Positions 9,847 to 20,331 of a DNA stretch of 64,000 nt are shown one piece after another. The notes under the pieces are model-generated. The model saw nothing but the letters and a program-made list of their open reading frames with translations. It made no database searches and was not told the origin of the DNA. Source of the DNA: an uncultured Spirochaetota bacterium (lineage in GTDB: Bacteria > Spirochaetota > Spirochaetia > SZUA-6 > CAVTHK01); contig CAVTHK010000002.1 of NCBI GenBank assembly GCA_963734495.1, positions 32,001-96,000 on the forward strand, read 5' to 3'. A program made the position numbers and the translations under genes. The first letter of the stretch is position 1. Every line of letters starts with the position of its first letter.

Positions 9847-11401
9847 GGCCGGGTCGGTCCGCGCGGGAGAGACGCGCCTGGTGGCGGTGATCGACATCGG
9901 CGCCATCGGCATCCGCATCCTCGTGGCCGAGATCCAGCCGACGGGCGAGTTCCGCGTGGTCGACCGCTCGGAGCGGCCCATGGGGCTCGGCCGCGACGTG
10001 TTCACCAACGGCCTGATCAGCCGCGAGGCGATGGCACAGTCGCTCGAGATCCTGCGCCGCTTCCGCGAGATGCTCGACGGCTGGAAGATCGCGAGGCGCG
10101 ACATCCACGTGATCGCCACGAGCGCGCTGCGCGAGGCCCGCAACCGCGACACGTTCGTCGACCGCGTCGAGCTGCGCACCGGGTTCAAGATCGGCATCAT
10201 CGAAGGGGTGGAGGCCAACCGCCTCACCTACATCGCGGTGCGCTTCGCCCTCGGCGAGCAGCAGGCGCACCTCGCCCGCTCCAACTCGATCATCATCGAG
10301 GTCGGCGGCGGGACCACCGAGATCATGCTGCTCGAGCACGGCCACATGGTGTCCGCGCACAGCCTGAGCGTGGGAACGGCGCGGATCGAGCCGCAGCTCG
10401 AGAGCGTCTTCGGCAGCTCCGACCAGCTCCTGCGCTTTCTCGGGGAGAACGTGCGCACGACGACGGAGATCCTGAACTCCGAGCTGCGCCTCAAGAGCGT
10501 CCGCAACTTCATCGCGGTCGGCGGGGACGCGCGGATGGCGGCCCAGCAGGTCGGCGAGCCGATCGGCGAGCACATCTCCGTGATGTCGCGGGAGGCCTTC
10601 GAGAGCTTCTACGAGCGGATCCAGGCCCTCAGCGTCGACGGGTGCGTGCGCGAGCTGAGCATCCCGTACGCGGACGCCGAGAGCCTCATCCCGGCGCTGA
10701 TGATCTACCGGATGCTGCTGCATCGAGACCGGCGCGACGCGGCTCATCGTGCCCGACGTGAGCATCCGCGACGGCGTGCTGCTCAGCCTGGCGCGCGGCC
10801 CGGACCCCGACCTGCAGCGGGAGTTCAACGACGCAGGTGGCCGCGTCGGCCATCAGCCTCGGCCGCAAGTACCGCTTTGACGAGCGGCACGCCCGCCACG
10901 TCGCGCGGCTCGCGCTGCGGCTCTTCGACGAGCTGCGGGCCGAGCACGGGCTCGACCCCTTCCACCGCGTGCTCCTGCGGGTGGCCGCGCTCCTGCACGA
11001 CATCGGGACGTTCATCGCGGCGACGGGGCATCACAAGCACGGGCAGTACCTCGTGGCGAGCTCCGAGATCTTCGGCCTCGACCGCGAGGACATCGCCGTC
11101 GTCTCGAACGTGGTGCGCTACCACCGCAAGTCGATCCCCGCGCCCACCCACGTGAGCTTCGTGTCCCTGCCCCGCAGCCGCAGGATCGTCGTGATGAAGC
11201 TCGCGGCGATCCTGCGCGTCGCCGACGCGCTCGACCGGGGCCACAAGCAGACGCGTGCGGGGCTTCGGCATCGAGAAGCGGGACGACGAGCTCGTGCTGC
11301 ACTGCAACGCGCAGGGCGACACGTCGGTGGAGCAGTTCGGCATCGCTCGCAAGGCCGATATGTTCGAGGAGGTCTTCGGGATGAAGGTGGTCGTTCTGTG
11401 A
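9833..11401 (+). CDS. ppx: Ppx/GppA exopolyphosphatase with HD domain (frameshifts ~10730, ~10830, ~11250)
   Basis: VIDIG, IATSALREARNR, EVGGGTTE, HARHV, LLHDIG, RYHRK, LRVADALD. Confidence 0.85.
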
Positions 11402-13492
11402 GCGCCGTGCGCCTGTTCGATCGCGAGCTGTCCTGGCTCGAGTTCAACGCGCGGGTCCTCGACGAGGCGGCCCAGGGCCGGGTGCCGCTGCTCGAGCGGC
11501 TGCGCTTTGCCGCCATCTGCAGCACCAACCTCGACGAGTTCTTCATGATCCGCGTAGGCGCCCTCAAGCGGGCGCTCGCCGCCGCGCCGCACGAGGGCTA
11601 CGGGGAGCTGCTGGACCGCGTGCGCATGCGCGGGGCGCAGCTGTCGCAGGGACTGGCGCGGCTGTTCGTCGACACGCTCGCGCCCGAGATGGCCGCGCAG
11701 CACATCCGCTGGTTCCCCCGCGCCGAGCTCGGGCCGCGGGAGATCGGGCCGCTGCAGGCCCATTTCGAGCGGGAGGTCCTGCCGGTCCTCACGCCCGTGC
11801 GGGCCGCCGCCGACGGGGAGCTCCCGTTCGTGTCGGGGCTGAGGCTCCACGTGCTCTTCCGCCTGGAATCTCTCGAGCGGCCGGGGGAGCCCCTCTACGC
11901 CCTCGCGCAGCTGCCGCCCGCGCTGGACCGCGCGGTGTGGATCTCGCGGAGCGCAAAGAGCTGCGCGTTCGCGATGCTCGAGGACGAGATCCTGCTCGGC
12001 GCCGCGCAGCTCTTCCCGGGGCACATCGTGCGGGATTCGATCCTCTTCCGGGTCACGCGGGACGCGGACCTGCCGGTCGACGAGCAGCGCGACCAGGATT
12101 TCGTCCGGGCCATGGAGGAAGTGCTCGCGAGCCGCGGGCGCAGCTTCCCGGTCCGCCTCGAGACCGTCGGGGGCGGCGACGACCTGCGTGAGCTGCTGCG
12201 GCAGCGGCTGGGCCTCGACCCGCAGGACTGCCGGTCGAGCGACGCCCCGCTCGACCTCGGGTGTCTCAGCGGCTTCGCCTCGCTCGACGGGTGGAAGGCG
12301 CTCCTCAACGAGGAGTGGCCGCCGTTCACTCCCCCCGCGCTTCGCGGCGGTGAGCCGATCTGGGACCTGCTCAAGAAGGGCGATATCCTTCTCCATCACC
12401 CCTACGAGTCCTTCGAGCCGGTCGTGCGGCTGCTGTCCCAGGCGGCCGACGACTCGCACGTGCTCGCCATCAAGATGACCCTCTACCGGACCAGCGGCAG
12501 GTCGGCCCTCGTCGAGGCTCTCGCGCGCGCCGCGGCGGGGGGCAAGCAGGTCGTCGTGCTGGTGGAGCTCAAGGCGCGCTTCGACGAGGCGCGCAACATC
12601 GAGTGGGCGCGCCGGCTCGAGCGGGCGGGCGTGCATCGTGATCTACGGGATCGCGGGCCTCAAGGTCCACGCCAAGGCGCTGCTGATCGTGCGGCGGGAG
12701 GCCGGAGGCGTGCGCCGCTACCTGCACCTCGGGACCGGCAACTACAACGAGCGGACCGCGCGGATGTACACGGACTTCGCGCTGCTCACCGCGCGCGAGC
12801 AGCTCACCTACGAGGCGGCGCTCTTCTTCAACGCGATCACGGGCTACTCGTCCGTCCCCGTGCTCCGCAAGCTGGTGATGGCGCCGCACGCGATGAAGAG
12901 CCGCGTGATCGAGCTCATCCGGCGCGAGGCCGAGCGCAGCTCGCCCGCCGCGCCCGGCCGGATCATCGCGAAGATGAACTCGCTGTGCGACCCGGAGGTG
13001 ATCTCCGAGCTGTACGCCGCTTCGAGGGCCTCGGTGCGCATCGACCTGATCGTGCGCGGCATCTGCACGCTCGTGCCGGGAGCGCCGGGGATGAGCGAGA
13101 CGATCAGCGTGATCAGCATCCTCGACCGCTTCCTCGAGCACAGCCGCATCCTCTTCTTCGCCAACGGCGGGGCCGAGGAGGTGTACCTCTCGAGCGGAGA
13201 CTGGATGCCGCGCAACCTCACGGGCAGGGTGGAGCTGATGTTCCCGGTGGAGCAGCCGGACCTCCACAAGCGGCTCGTGGAGGTGCTCGAGGGGTATCTC
13301 GCCGACAACACCCAGGCGCACTCACTCGCCGCCGACGGCCGCTACACGCGCCGCCGCCCGGGCCCCGGCGAGGAGCCGATCCGCTGCCAGGCCGTGTTCT
13401 ACGAGCGCGCGCGCCGCCGCGCCGAGACCTCCCCGATCGAGCCGCTGCGCGACCTCGTGGTGCGCCGGAGGCCGCCGGCGGTCTCTCGCTAG
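11398..13492 (+). CDS. ppk1: Polyphosphate kinase 1 (frameshifted ~12635)
   Basis: RELSWLEFNARVL, NLDEFFMIRV, LHHPYESF, IKMTLYRT, ELKARFDE, KVHAK, HLGTGNYN, RFLEHSR, SGDWMPRNL. Confidence 0.93.
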
Positions 13493-13506
13493 ACGCCGGC
13501 TCCGGC

Positions 13507-15093
13507 TCAGTCGGGGAGCATCACGCCGGGGTTCAGCAGGCCGGCGGGGTCGAGCGCCTCCTTGACGCGCCGCATGGCGTCGATGGCGCCGTCGTCGTAC
13601 TGGATGCGCATGAACTCGCGCTTGAGGCGGCCGATGCCGTGCTCGCCCGGCGACGCTCCCGCCGAGGGCGACCGCCGTGCGGGCGAACTGCCGGTAGAGC
13701 GCCTTGCCGCGCGCCATCTCGTCGGCGGAGCGGGGCACGATGTTCACGTGCACGTGGCCGTTGCCGATGTGGCCGAAGATGTAGTGCTCCAGGCGCTCGG
13801 CTTCGAGGCCTTCGCGGTAAGCCGCCATCATCCGGCCCAGCGCCTCGCGCCCGACGGCCATGTCGGTGCCGATCTTCGTCAGCTCCGGGAGGGCGCGCTT
13901 GCGCTCGGAGACCAGCGCGTTGATGCGCTCGGGCAGCGCGTGCCGGAACTTCTTCATGGCCTGGAGCTCCTGCGGCTCGAAGCCGGCCCAGACGTCGTCC
14001 GGCGGGATGCCGCAGGCGCCGAGGGGCTTCTCGAGACCCGCGACGAAAGCATCCACGTCGGCTTCGTCGCCGAACGACGCCTCGACGTAGAGCACCGCCC
14101 GCGCGGAGTCCGGTATCTGCGGCACTCCGCTCGCCTCGCGCGCGGCGTCGCGGTAGGCGCGCAGCAGGTCGAGGGAAGGCGCGTCCATGTACTCGAGCGC
14201 GGTCGGCGCGAGACCGGGCTCCGCGCCGATCGCCGTCAACGAGCTGCTCGGCGGCCTGCTCGCTGCGGGCGAACACGCACAGGCCCACGGTGCGCGCCGG
14301 GACCGCGAGGAGGCGCACCTCGACCTCGGTGACGATCGCGAGGGTGCCTTCGCCGCCGATGAACAGGTCGATGAGGTCCATGTCCGGGCTGAGGAGGTAG
14401 CCGGCGGTGTGCTTGGTGGCCGGCTGCGGCACGGCGGCCGCCACGACTTCGAGCGCGCCGCCGACTTCGCGCTCGATCCGGAGCCGACCCGCGGCCGCCC
14501 GGCTCTCGCCGCGCGCGACGCGCAGCCTGCTGCCGTCGGCGAGGACCACGGTCAGCGACTCGACCCACTGCCGGGTCGGTCCGTAGCGCGAGCGTGCGGG
14601 CGCCGCTGGCGTTGGTCGCGACCGTGCCGCCGAGGGTGGCCGAGACCTCGGTCGGGTCCACGGGGTAGAAGAGCCTGTCCGGGCCGGGGAGTCCCGCCGC
14701 GTCCCCGCGGCGCAGCCGTTCCTGCAGCTCCTCCAGCCTGAGGCCCGCGGCGACGGTCGCCGTAAAGCACCGCAGACGCTCGTTCCACCGCACGACGGGC
14801 TCGGCCTTGAGGGAGTCGAGCGAGAGGAGCGCACCGCCCGGCTGGGCGACAGCGCCGCCGACGATGCCGGTTCGGCCGCCGGAGATCACGAGCGGGAGGC
14901 CGCTCTGCGCGCACTCGGCGACCGCGGCCGAAGCCTCGGCTGTGGTGCGCGGAAGGTACAGGGCTGCCGGCACGCCCGCGGTGAGGCGCGACTCGTCGGT
15001 GAGAAAGGAGCCGTAGGCCTCGCGGATCCGCGCGCCGTCGCGCTCGGCCGGGCAGGGCCCGCGGGCGGCAGCCAGGGCAACGAGTTCCGACAC
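13507..15093 (-). CDS. FAD-binding oxidoreductase, GlcD/D-lactate dehydrogenase-like (frameshifts ~14590, ~14240, ~13650)
   Basis: SGGRTGIVGGA, YPVDPTE.SATLGG.VATNASG, LFIGGEGTL, FGHIGNGHVHVN, C-terminal EHGIG and DP.GLLNPG. Confidence 0.82.
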
Positions 15094-15238
15094 GATTCCT
15101 CCGACTTCGGACTATAGCGGGGCGCGCGGGAGGGCAACAAGGGCCGCCCGCGGCTGCACGGCGCGCCGGCCGCCTTGCCGTCGCGCGCGGCCTGTTGCTA
15201 AGCTCATACCCGTCGACTCTTTCGACGCGGAGGCTCGC

Positions 15239-15781
15239 ATGAAGGACATCTACGTTCTGCTCGCCGAATACAACGCCTACGTCAACGGGGTGCTGTACGG
15301 CCTGCTGGAAAAGGTTCCGCCCGACCTCGTGACCAGAGATGCGGGGTCCTACTACGGCTCGATCCTGGGCCTGCTCAATCACGTCCTGCGCTCGGACCTG
15401 GGGCGGCTCAGTCGCTTCCGGACCGGCCTGCAGGGTTTCCGCTCCCTCGCGACGGCGGCCATCGACTTCGACCCGGCAGCCGCGCCGAAACAGCTCTACG
15501 ACAACCTCCCGGACCTCTGGAAGCGCCGCAAGCAGGTTGACGACGTGTTCAAGGCGTTCGCCGCAGAGCTCACGGACGACGCGCTGCGGCGCGAGGTGAC
15601 GTCCACGAACCAGAAAGGCGAGCAGGAAAGCTTCGCGGTCTGGGAGATCCTGCTGCACCTGTTCAACCACCAGACCCACCATCGCGGGCAGGTCTCTCAG
15701 ATCCTCGACGCCGCGGGCGTGCAGCACGACTTCTCCAACATCATGACCGTGTTGAGAATGCGGAAGGCCACGAAGCGCTGA
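15239..15781 (+). CDS. DinB family protein
   Basis: YNAYVN, GSILGLLNH, LHLFNHQTHHRGQV. Confidence 0.88.
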   Translation: MKDIYVLLAEYNAYVNGVLYGLLEKVPPDLVTRDAGSYYGSILGLLNHVLRSDLGRLSRFRTGLQGFRSLATAAIDFDPAAAPKQLYDNLPDLWKRRKQVDDVFKAFAAELTDDALRREVTSTNQKGEQESFAVWEILLHLFNHQTHHRGQVSQILDAAGVQHDFSNIMTVLRMRKATKR

Positions 15782-15795
15782 GGGGCTCGACGGAC

Positions 15796-15829
15796 AAACA
15801 AAGGGCCGCCGGGAGGTCCGGCGGCCCTT
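15796..15829. terminator. Hairpin between convergent genes (terminator, U-tail on - strand)
   Basis: AAGGGCCGCCGG-gaggt-CCGGCGGCCCTT, preceded on + by ACAAACA. Confidence 0.7.
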
Positions 15830-15892
15830 CGCGAAGATCCGATGCGTGCGGCACGGGAGCGCCGGCTGTGACCCGCCGCCCCTGCATCTGAT

Positions 15893-16993
15893 CTATGCCT
15901 GAGCCTCCATGTCGGCGACGACCGCCTTCATTTTCTTCAGCTCGTTGAGCGCGGCCTTGTACAGCCCTTCGGCCGCCTGGCGCGCGGTGCGCTTCGCGAC
16001 CGTGTAGGGGTCGTTGACCACTTCCTCTTCGATCACCTTGACCCACTCGGCGGGCACCGCCTGGATGCCGCGCAGGGCGCCGGCCAGGCCGCCGGCGATG
16101 TAGGCCTTGCAGTCGGTGTCGCGGCCCAGGTTCACCGCGTAGAGGATCGCTTCCTTGGGCTGGCCCTTGGAGACGGCGAAGCAGGCCAGGCCTCCGGTCA
16201 GCATCTCGACGGCGTTGGACATCCGCTTGCCGCGGTAGAAGTCGTCGAAGAGCGGCCGCAGCTCCTTCCAGTCCTTGACCTTGTGCGCCCACTCCTGGCC
16301 CATCTCGACTTCCTTGCGCGGGACCGCGGTCAGCTCGGAGAGCGCCTGCGCGATCACGCTCTCGACGGTCGCGCGCGGCTTGAGAGCCTCGGCGCACGCG
16401 GAGGCGATCGCGGCCGCGACCTCAAGGGCGTAGTTGCCGGGCACGCCGCGCACGTCCTTGATCCTGCCGACGTCGTAGGCGTCGGCGGCCGCCGCGGCGG
16501 GGTTGCACGCGTTGACCATGCCTATGTTGTGGATCATCTTCGAGGTGCCGATCAGCGCCGGCCACGACGCGTGTGTCCCGACTTCCCACGGAGGGACTCC
16601 GGCCTTGATCGAGTAGTAGATGATCTGGTCCTGGGGGCCGAGCAGGTAGCCGAACTTGCTCGGGTCGATGTCGGTCGCCCAGGTCTCGGCCAGGTCCCAC
16701 ACGGTGATGCGGCCGTTCTTCTTGAGGATGGCGCTGGTGGCCAGGCGGTGACGCTCCTGTCCGTCCTCCGTCATCCCGGGGGGCCGGTGGTGCGCGTGAT
16801 AGATGAACGGGTGCCCCAGGCTGGTGTCGGAGGCGCGCTGGCGGGCCTCTTTTTCCTGCGGAAGCATCTTGTCGACGAACCCCCACTTCTCGTCGATCTC
16901 GCGGTAGGTGTAACCCTCGGTCACGTCGCCCATCGAGTTGGCGATGGTGCAGGCGGCCTCGCAGCCGTAGATCTTGTCGAACAGCTTGGACAC
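15893..16993 (-). CDS. ADP-ribosylglycohydrolase family protein
   Basis: DKIYGC...NSMGDVTEG, GMTEDG and AVNLGRDTDC..YIAGGLAGALRG..AVP.EW; GTG start after an AGAGGAG RBS. Confidence 0.85.
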   Translation of the reverse strand: MSKLFDKIYGCEAACTIANSMGDVTEGYTYREIDEKWGFVDKMLPQEKEARQRASDTSLGHPFIYHAHHRPPGMTEDGQERHRLATSAILKKNGRITVWDLAETWATDIDPSKFGYLLGPQDQIIYYSIKAGVPPWEVGTHASWPALIGTSKMIHNIGMVNACNPAAAAADAYDVGRIKDVRGVPGNYALEVAAAIASACAEALKPRATVESVIAQALSELTAVPRKEVEMGQEWAHKVKDWKELRPLFDDFYRGKRMSNAVEMLTGGLACFAVSKGQPKEAILYAVNLGRDTDCKAYIAGGLAGALRGIQAVPAEWVKVIEEEVVNDPYTVAKRTARQAAEGLYKAALNELKKMKAVVADMEAQA

Positions 16994-17049
16994 TCTGTGT
17001 CTCCTCTCCCTGTGCTGCTTTTGCGGCGCGGCGCAAGCCGCGCCTCTCG

Positions 17050-18087
17050 TCAGTCGCTGTTGCTGTTGTAGTCGATGGACCGCGCCCCGTCCGCGCGCCG
17101 AGTCGCCGCCTGCGACTTGAGGCTCGCGGCGCCACCGGCCCGCCACTGGTCGACCAGCTGCTGCATCCGCGGCGTGAGGTGCCGAGGCACCTTCGGGATC
17201 GGGCAGATGCGGAGGCAGTCGCCGCGCACCGGCGAATCGGGCAGTCCGTCGCGCCTCCGGCGGCAGAGCTTCGGATCGGTCATCGCCGGCGTGTCGATAA
17301 AGATGCGGTTGTGGTCGTCCTTCGCGAGCGACCGGTACTGCTTCTGGCTCGCGTCGTCGCGCAGCCAGATGCAGCCCGCGACGCAGGTCCGGAGGCACAG
17401 GAGGCACTTGTCGCGGAGGCAGATGGGCTCGGTGATCAGCGGGTCCGGCTCGAGGTCGGCCTCGGTGATGATGGAGTTCCACCGCTGCCGGGGGCCGAAC
17501 TGGCGCGTGAGGACGATGTTGTTGTAGCCGAACTCGCCGAGGCCCGCGCGGGTCGCCGCATGGCGGTGCGAGAACGAGCCGAAGGTGTAGCCGAACGGCG
17601 ACCGCTTCTTCGACCAGGAGGGATCTTCGCCTTCCCAGATCTCGGAGTCGGTGAGGCCCTCGACGTGGGGATGAAGACCGGTGGTCGGAAAGACCATGGC
17701 GTCCTGGCCCTCGCTCAGCAGGTACTGGCCGACGAGCTGCGCGATGTGCTCGAGCATCAGGTCGTGCATCATGTGCCCGACACGGTTGTAGAGCATCTCC
17801 ATGTACGGGTACTTGACCCGGTTCGGGATCATGTCGAGCTCGCGGACCGCGAGGTTCGCCGGGGCCTCGACGACCGGGTTGAGGATCGGCATCCCGATCG
17901 ATATGACCGACCGCGCCTCCGGCAGGAAGTCCTTGGGGTGGTGGCCGGCCGGGGCCTTGTCGTTGACCGGCGGCATCGGGTCGAAGCGCTCCACCGGGGC
18001 CACGCCTACGAGGACGGCGCCGTAGCGGCGGGCCACCTCCTTGACGTTCGCCGTCAGTGTCTGGCGGCTCATCTTCTTCCTGGGCAC
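17050..18087 (-). CDS. QueG/reductive-dehalogenase-like 4Fe-4S protein
   Basis: GAVLVGVA, P.DFLPEARSVI, FSHRHAATRAGLGEFG.NNIVLT..FGPRQR...IIT, CLRDKCLLCLRTC...C and C...GDCLRICP; RBS TAGGAGGATTC before GTG. Confidence 0.75.
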   Translation of the reverse strand: MPRKKMSRQTLTANVKEVARRYGAVLVGVAPVERFDPMPPVNDKAPAGHHPKDFLPEARSVISIGMPILNPVVEAPANLAVRELDMIPNRVKYPYMEMLYNRVGHMMHDLMLEHIAQLVGQYLLSEGQDAMVFPTTGLHPHVEGLTDSEIWEGEDPSWSKKRSPFGYTFGSFSHRHAATRAGLGEFGYNNIVLTRQFGPRQRWNSIITEADLEPDPLITEPICLRDKCLLCLRTCVAGCIWLRDDASQKQYRSLAKDDHNRIFIDTPAMTDPKLCRRRRDGLPDSPVRGDCLRICPIPKVPRHLTPRMQQLVDQWRAGGAASLKSQAATRRADGARSIDYNSNSD

Positions 18088-18122
18088 GAATCCTCCTACG
18101 ACCTGGCGTTTTCGCAAGGTCC

Positions 18123-18148
18123 AAGGCCCCCTGTGCTCAGGGGGCCTT
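18123..18148. terminator. Intergenic hairpin (terminator or mRNA stabiliser)
   Basis: AAGGCCCCCTG-tgct-CAGGGGGCCTT. Confidence 0.5.
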
Positions 18149-18155
18149 CTGTTGC

Positions 18156-19043
18156 CTATTCCTTGAGGCTTCCCAGCAGCATGCCTTTCACAAAGTAGCG
18201 CTGGAGGAACGGATAGAGCACCGTGATGGGCAGGACGGCGATGATGATCGTGGCGTACTGGATCGTGACCGCGATCATCTCCTCGTCCTTGCCGAGGTCC
18301 GAAGAGCTTATCATCGAGCTCATGTTGTTCGCGATCAGGATCTCGCGAAGGATGAGCTGCAGGGGGTAGAGCTGGCGTTCCCGCAGGTACACCATCGCCC
18401 AGAACCAGGAGTTCCAGTGGTAGACCCCGTAGTACAGCAGCATCACCGCGATGACCGGCATCGCCAGCGGGAAGTAGATGCGGAAAAGGATGAGGAAGTC
18501 GTTGCAGCCGTCGAGCTTGGCGGACTCCTCCAGGCTGTCGGGCATCTGGGCGAAGCCCGTCCTCATGATGATGAAATTGAAGGTCATGATGGCGTTGGTC
18601 AGGATCAGCGGCCAGCGGGTGTTCAGCATGCCCATCGCCTTGACCAGCAGGTAGAGCGGGATCAGGCCGCCGGAGAAGAACATGGTGAACACGATCATCT
18701 TCATCACGATCTCGCGCCCCCAGAGGTGGCGGCGCGACAGGGCGTAGGCGGCGAACGAGGTCAGGATGATGTTGAGCGCCGTCCCGGCGACCACGTAGAA
18801 GATCGTGTTGAAGTACGCAATGCCGATGATCGGGTTCTCGAACACCCGCTTGTACGCGGCGAACGTCCAGTCTTTGGGCCACAGCAGAGATCCGCGGGCG
18901 ACCGCCACCACGTAGGGCGAGCTGAGCGAGGCCACCAGAACGTACCAGAACGGGTACAGCATCAGGATGCACAGGACGACGAGGACCACGTAGTTGACGG
19001 AGTCGAAGATCCGCCCGCTGACGCTGCTGTAGTATCGGCTCAC
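18156..19043 (-). CDS. Carbohydrate ABC transporter permease (LplC/YtcP-like)
   Basis: FTMFFSGGLIP.Y, PDSLEESAKLDG, WNSWF, YPFLQRYFVKG. Confidence 0.93.
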   Translation of the reverse strand: MSRYYSSVSGRIFDSVNYVVLVVLCILMLYPFWYVLVASLSSPYVVAVARGSLLWPKDWTFAAYKRVFENPIIGIAYFNTIFYVVAGTALNIILTSFAAYALSRRHLWGREIVMKMIVFTMFFSGGLIPLYLLVKAMGMLNTRWPLILTNAIMTFNFIIMRTGFAQMPDSLEESAKLDGCNDFLILFRIYFPLAMPVIAVMLLYYGVYHWNSWFWAMVYLRERQLYPLQLILREILIANNMSSMISSSDLGKDEEMIAVTIQYATIIIAVLPITVLYPFLQRYFVKGMLLGSLKE

Positions 19044-19053
19044 CTCGCACCCC

Positions 19054-19998
19054 CTACCAAAGGCTCGTCTCGCCGGTGCGCCGCGCGAGCTTGTTCACGG
19101 AAATCAGCAGCGCGAAGTTGATGGCGGCGTTGACGAAGCCCACCGCCGTGCTGTAGCTCCAGTCGGCCTGGATGAGCCCGCGGCGATAGACGAACGAGCT
19201 GATGACGTCCGCGGTCTCGTAGGTGAGCTGGTTGTACATCAGGATGATCTTCTCGAAGCCGACCGTCATCATCTGCCCGATCCTCATGATGAACAGCACC
19301 ACGGTCGTCGGGAGCAGCCCCGGGAGGCTGACGTGCCACATCTTGAGCCAGCGCCCCGCCCCGTCGGCCTCAGCGGCCTCGTAGAGCTCCTGGTTGATGC
19401 CGGCCAGGGCGGCGAGATAGATGATCGAGCTCCACCCCGCCGTCTGCCACACGTTGGAGCCGACGTAGAGAGTGCGGAACCACTTGGGCTCGGCGAAGAA
19501 CGGGATCGCCTCCATTCCCATCCCGATCATCACCCGGTTGACCACGCCCTCGCGGCTGAGGAAATCCATCATCAGCCCTACGATGACGACGAGCGACACG
19601 AAGTGGGGCAGGTAGGTGATCGTCTGCACGGTGCGCTTGAACGGCATGTTGCGCATCTCGTTGAGCATCAACGCGAGGATGATGGGGGCAGGGAACTGGA
19701 AGATCAGGTTGTAGACGTTGATGATCACGACGTTGCGGATCAGACGCCACGCGTACACGCTGTTGAAGAAGCTCTCGAAGTGCTTGAAGCCCACCCAGGG
19801 GCTCTTCCAGATGCCCAGCGACGGGACGAAGTCCTGGAAGGAGATGATCAGGCCGTACATCGGCGCGTAGTGGTAGATCAGGTAGTAGCCCACGACCGGG
19901 ATCAGCATCACGTACAGGTACCGGTTGCGGGAAAGCTCTTTCCGGGCTCGGTCGACGAAAGCCGAGGACAGTACAGTCGACCCATGCGTGGTAGCCAA
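19054..19998 (-). CDS. Carbohydrate ABC transporter permease (LplB-like)
   Basis: SPWVGFKHF, QTITYLPHFVS, GWSSIIYLAAL..I..ELYEAA..DGA. Confidence 0.93.
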   Translation of the reverse strand: MATTHGSTVLSSAFVDRARKELSRNRYLYVMLIPVVGYYLIYHYAPMYGLIISFQDFVPSLGIWKSPWVGFKHFESFFNSVYAWRLIRNVVIINVYNLIFQFPAPIILALMLNEMRNMPFKRTVQTITYLPHFVSLVVIVGLMMDFLSREGVVNRVMIGMGMEAIPFFAEPKWFRTLYVGSNVWQTAGWSSIIYLAALAGINQELYEAAEADGAGRWLKMWHVSLPGLLPTTVVLFIMRIGQMMTVGFEKIILMYNQLTYETADVISSFVYRRGLIQADWSYSTAVGFVNAAINFALLISVNKLARRTGETSLW

Positions 19999-20070
19999 GA
20001 AACGACCTCCTCAACTGCCCTTTTTTGATGATTGCGGCCCGGCCTGACCAGTGACGATCGCTGCAGCAGG

Positions 20071-20120
20071 GCGTTATAACAGTCCGCGCGGTTATAGCAC
20101 GAGCGCGCGACCGATGTCAA
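20071..20120 (-). promoter_or_regulatory. Sigma-70 promoter of the permease operon with downstream GTTATAAC operator
   Basis: On -: TTGACA-18 bp-(TGc)TATAAC, then CTGTTATAACGC (20071-20082). Confidence 0.7.
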
Positions 20121-20270
20121 ATCAATAACTCGCGTTCTCGCGTCCGGGGCGGGGCTGAATGGACCGCGTCGTGCGTCGGGACGGAGCCGCTCGGACGCTG
20201 CCAGGCGTCCGAGCCGCGGCGGGGCCGCCTTGGGGATTGCCGAGCTCATTCGGCCCCTCGCTTCGCCCCC

Positions 20271-20305
20271 AAAAAAGGAAGAGCGCCGGGCTGCCGGCGC
20301 TCTTC
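20271..20305 (-). terminator. Rho-independent terminator after the solute-binding protein gene
   Basis: GAAGAGCGCCGG-loop-CCGGCGCTCTTC with T6 on the - strand. Confidence 0.8.
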
Positions 20306-20331
20306 GGCTCGTCTCGATTCAGACGTGCGTG

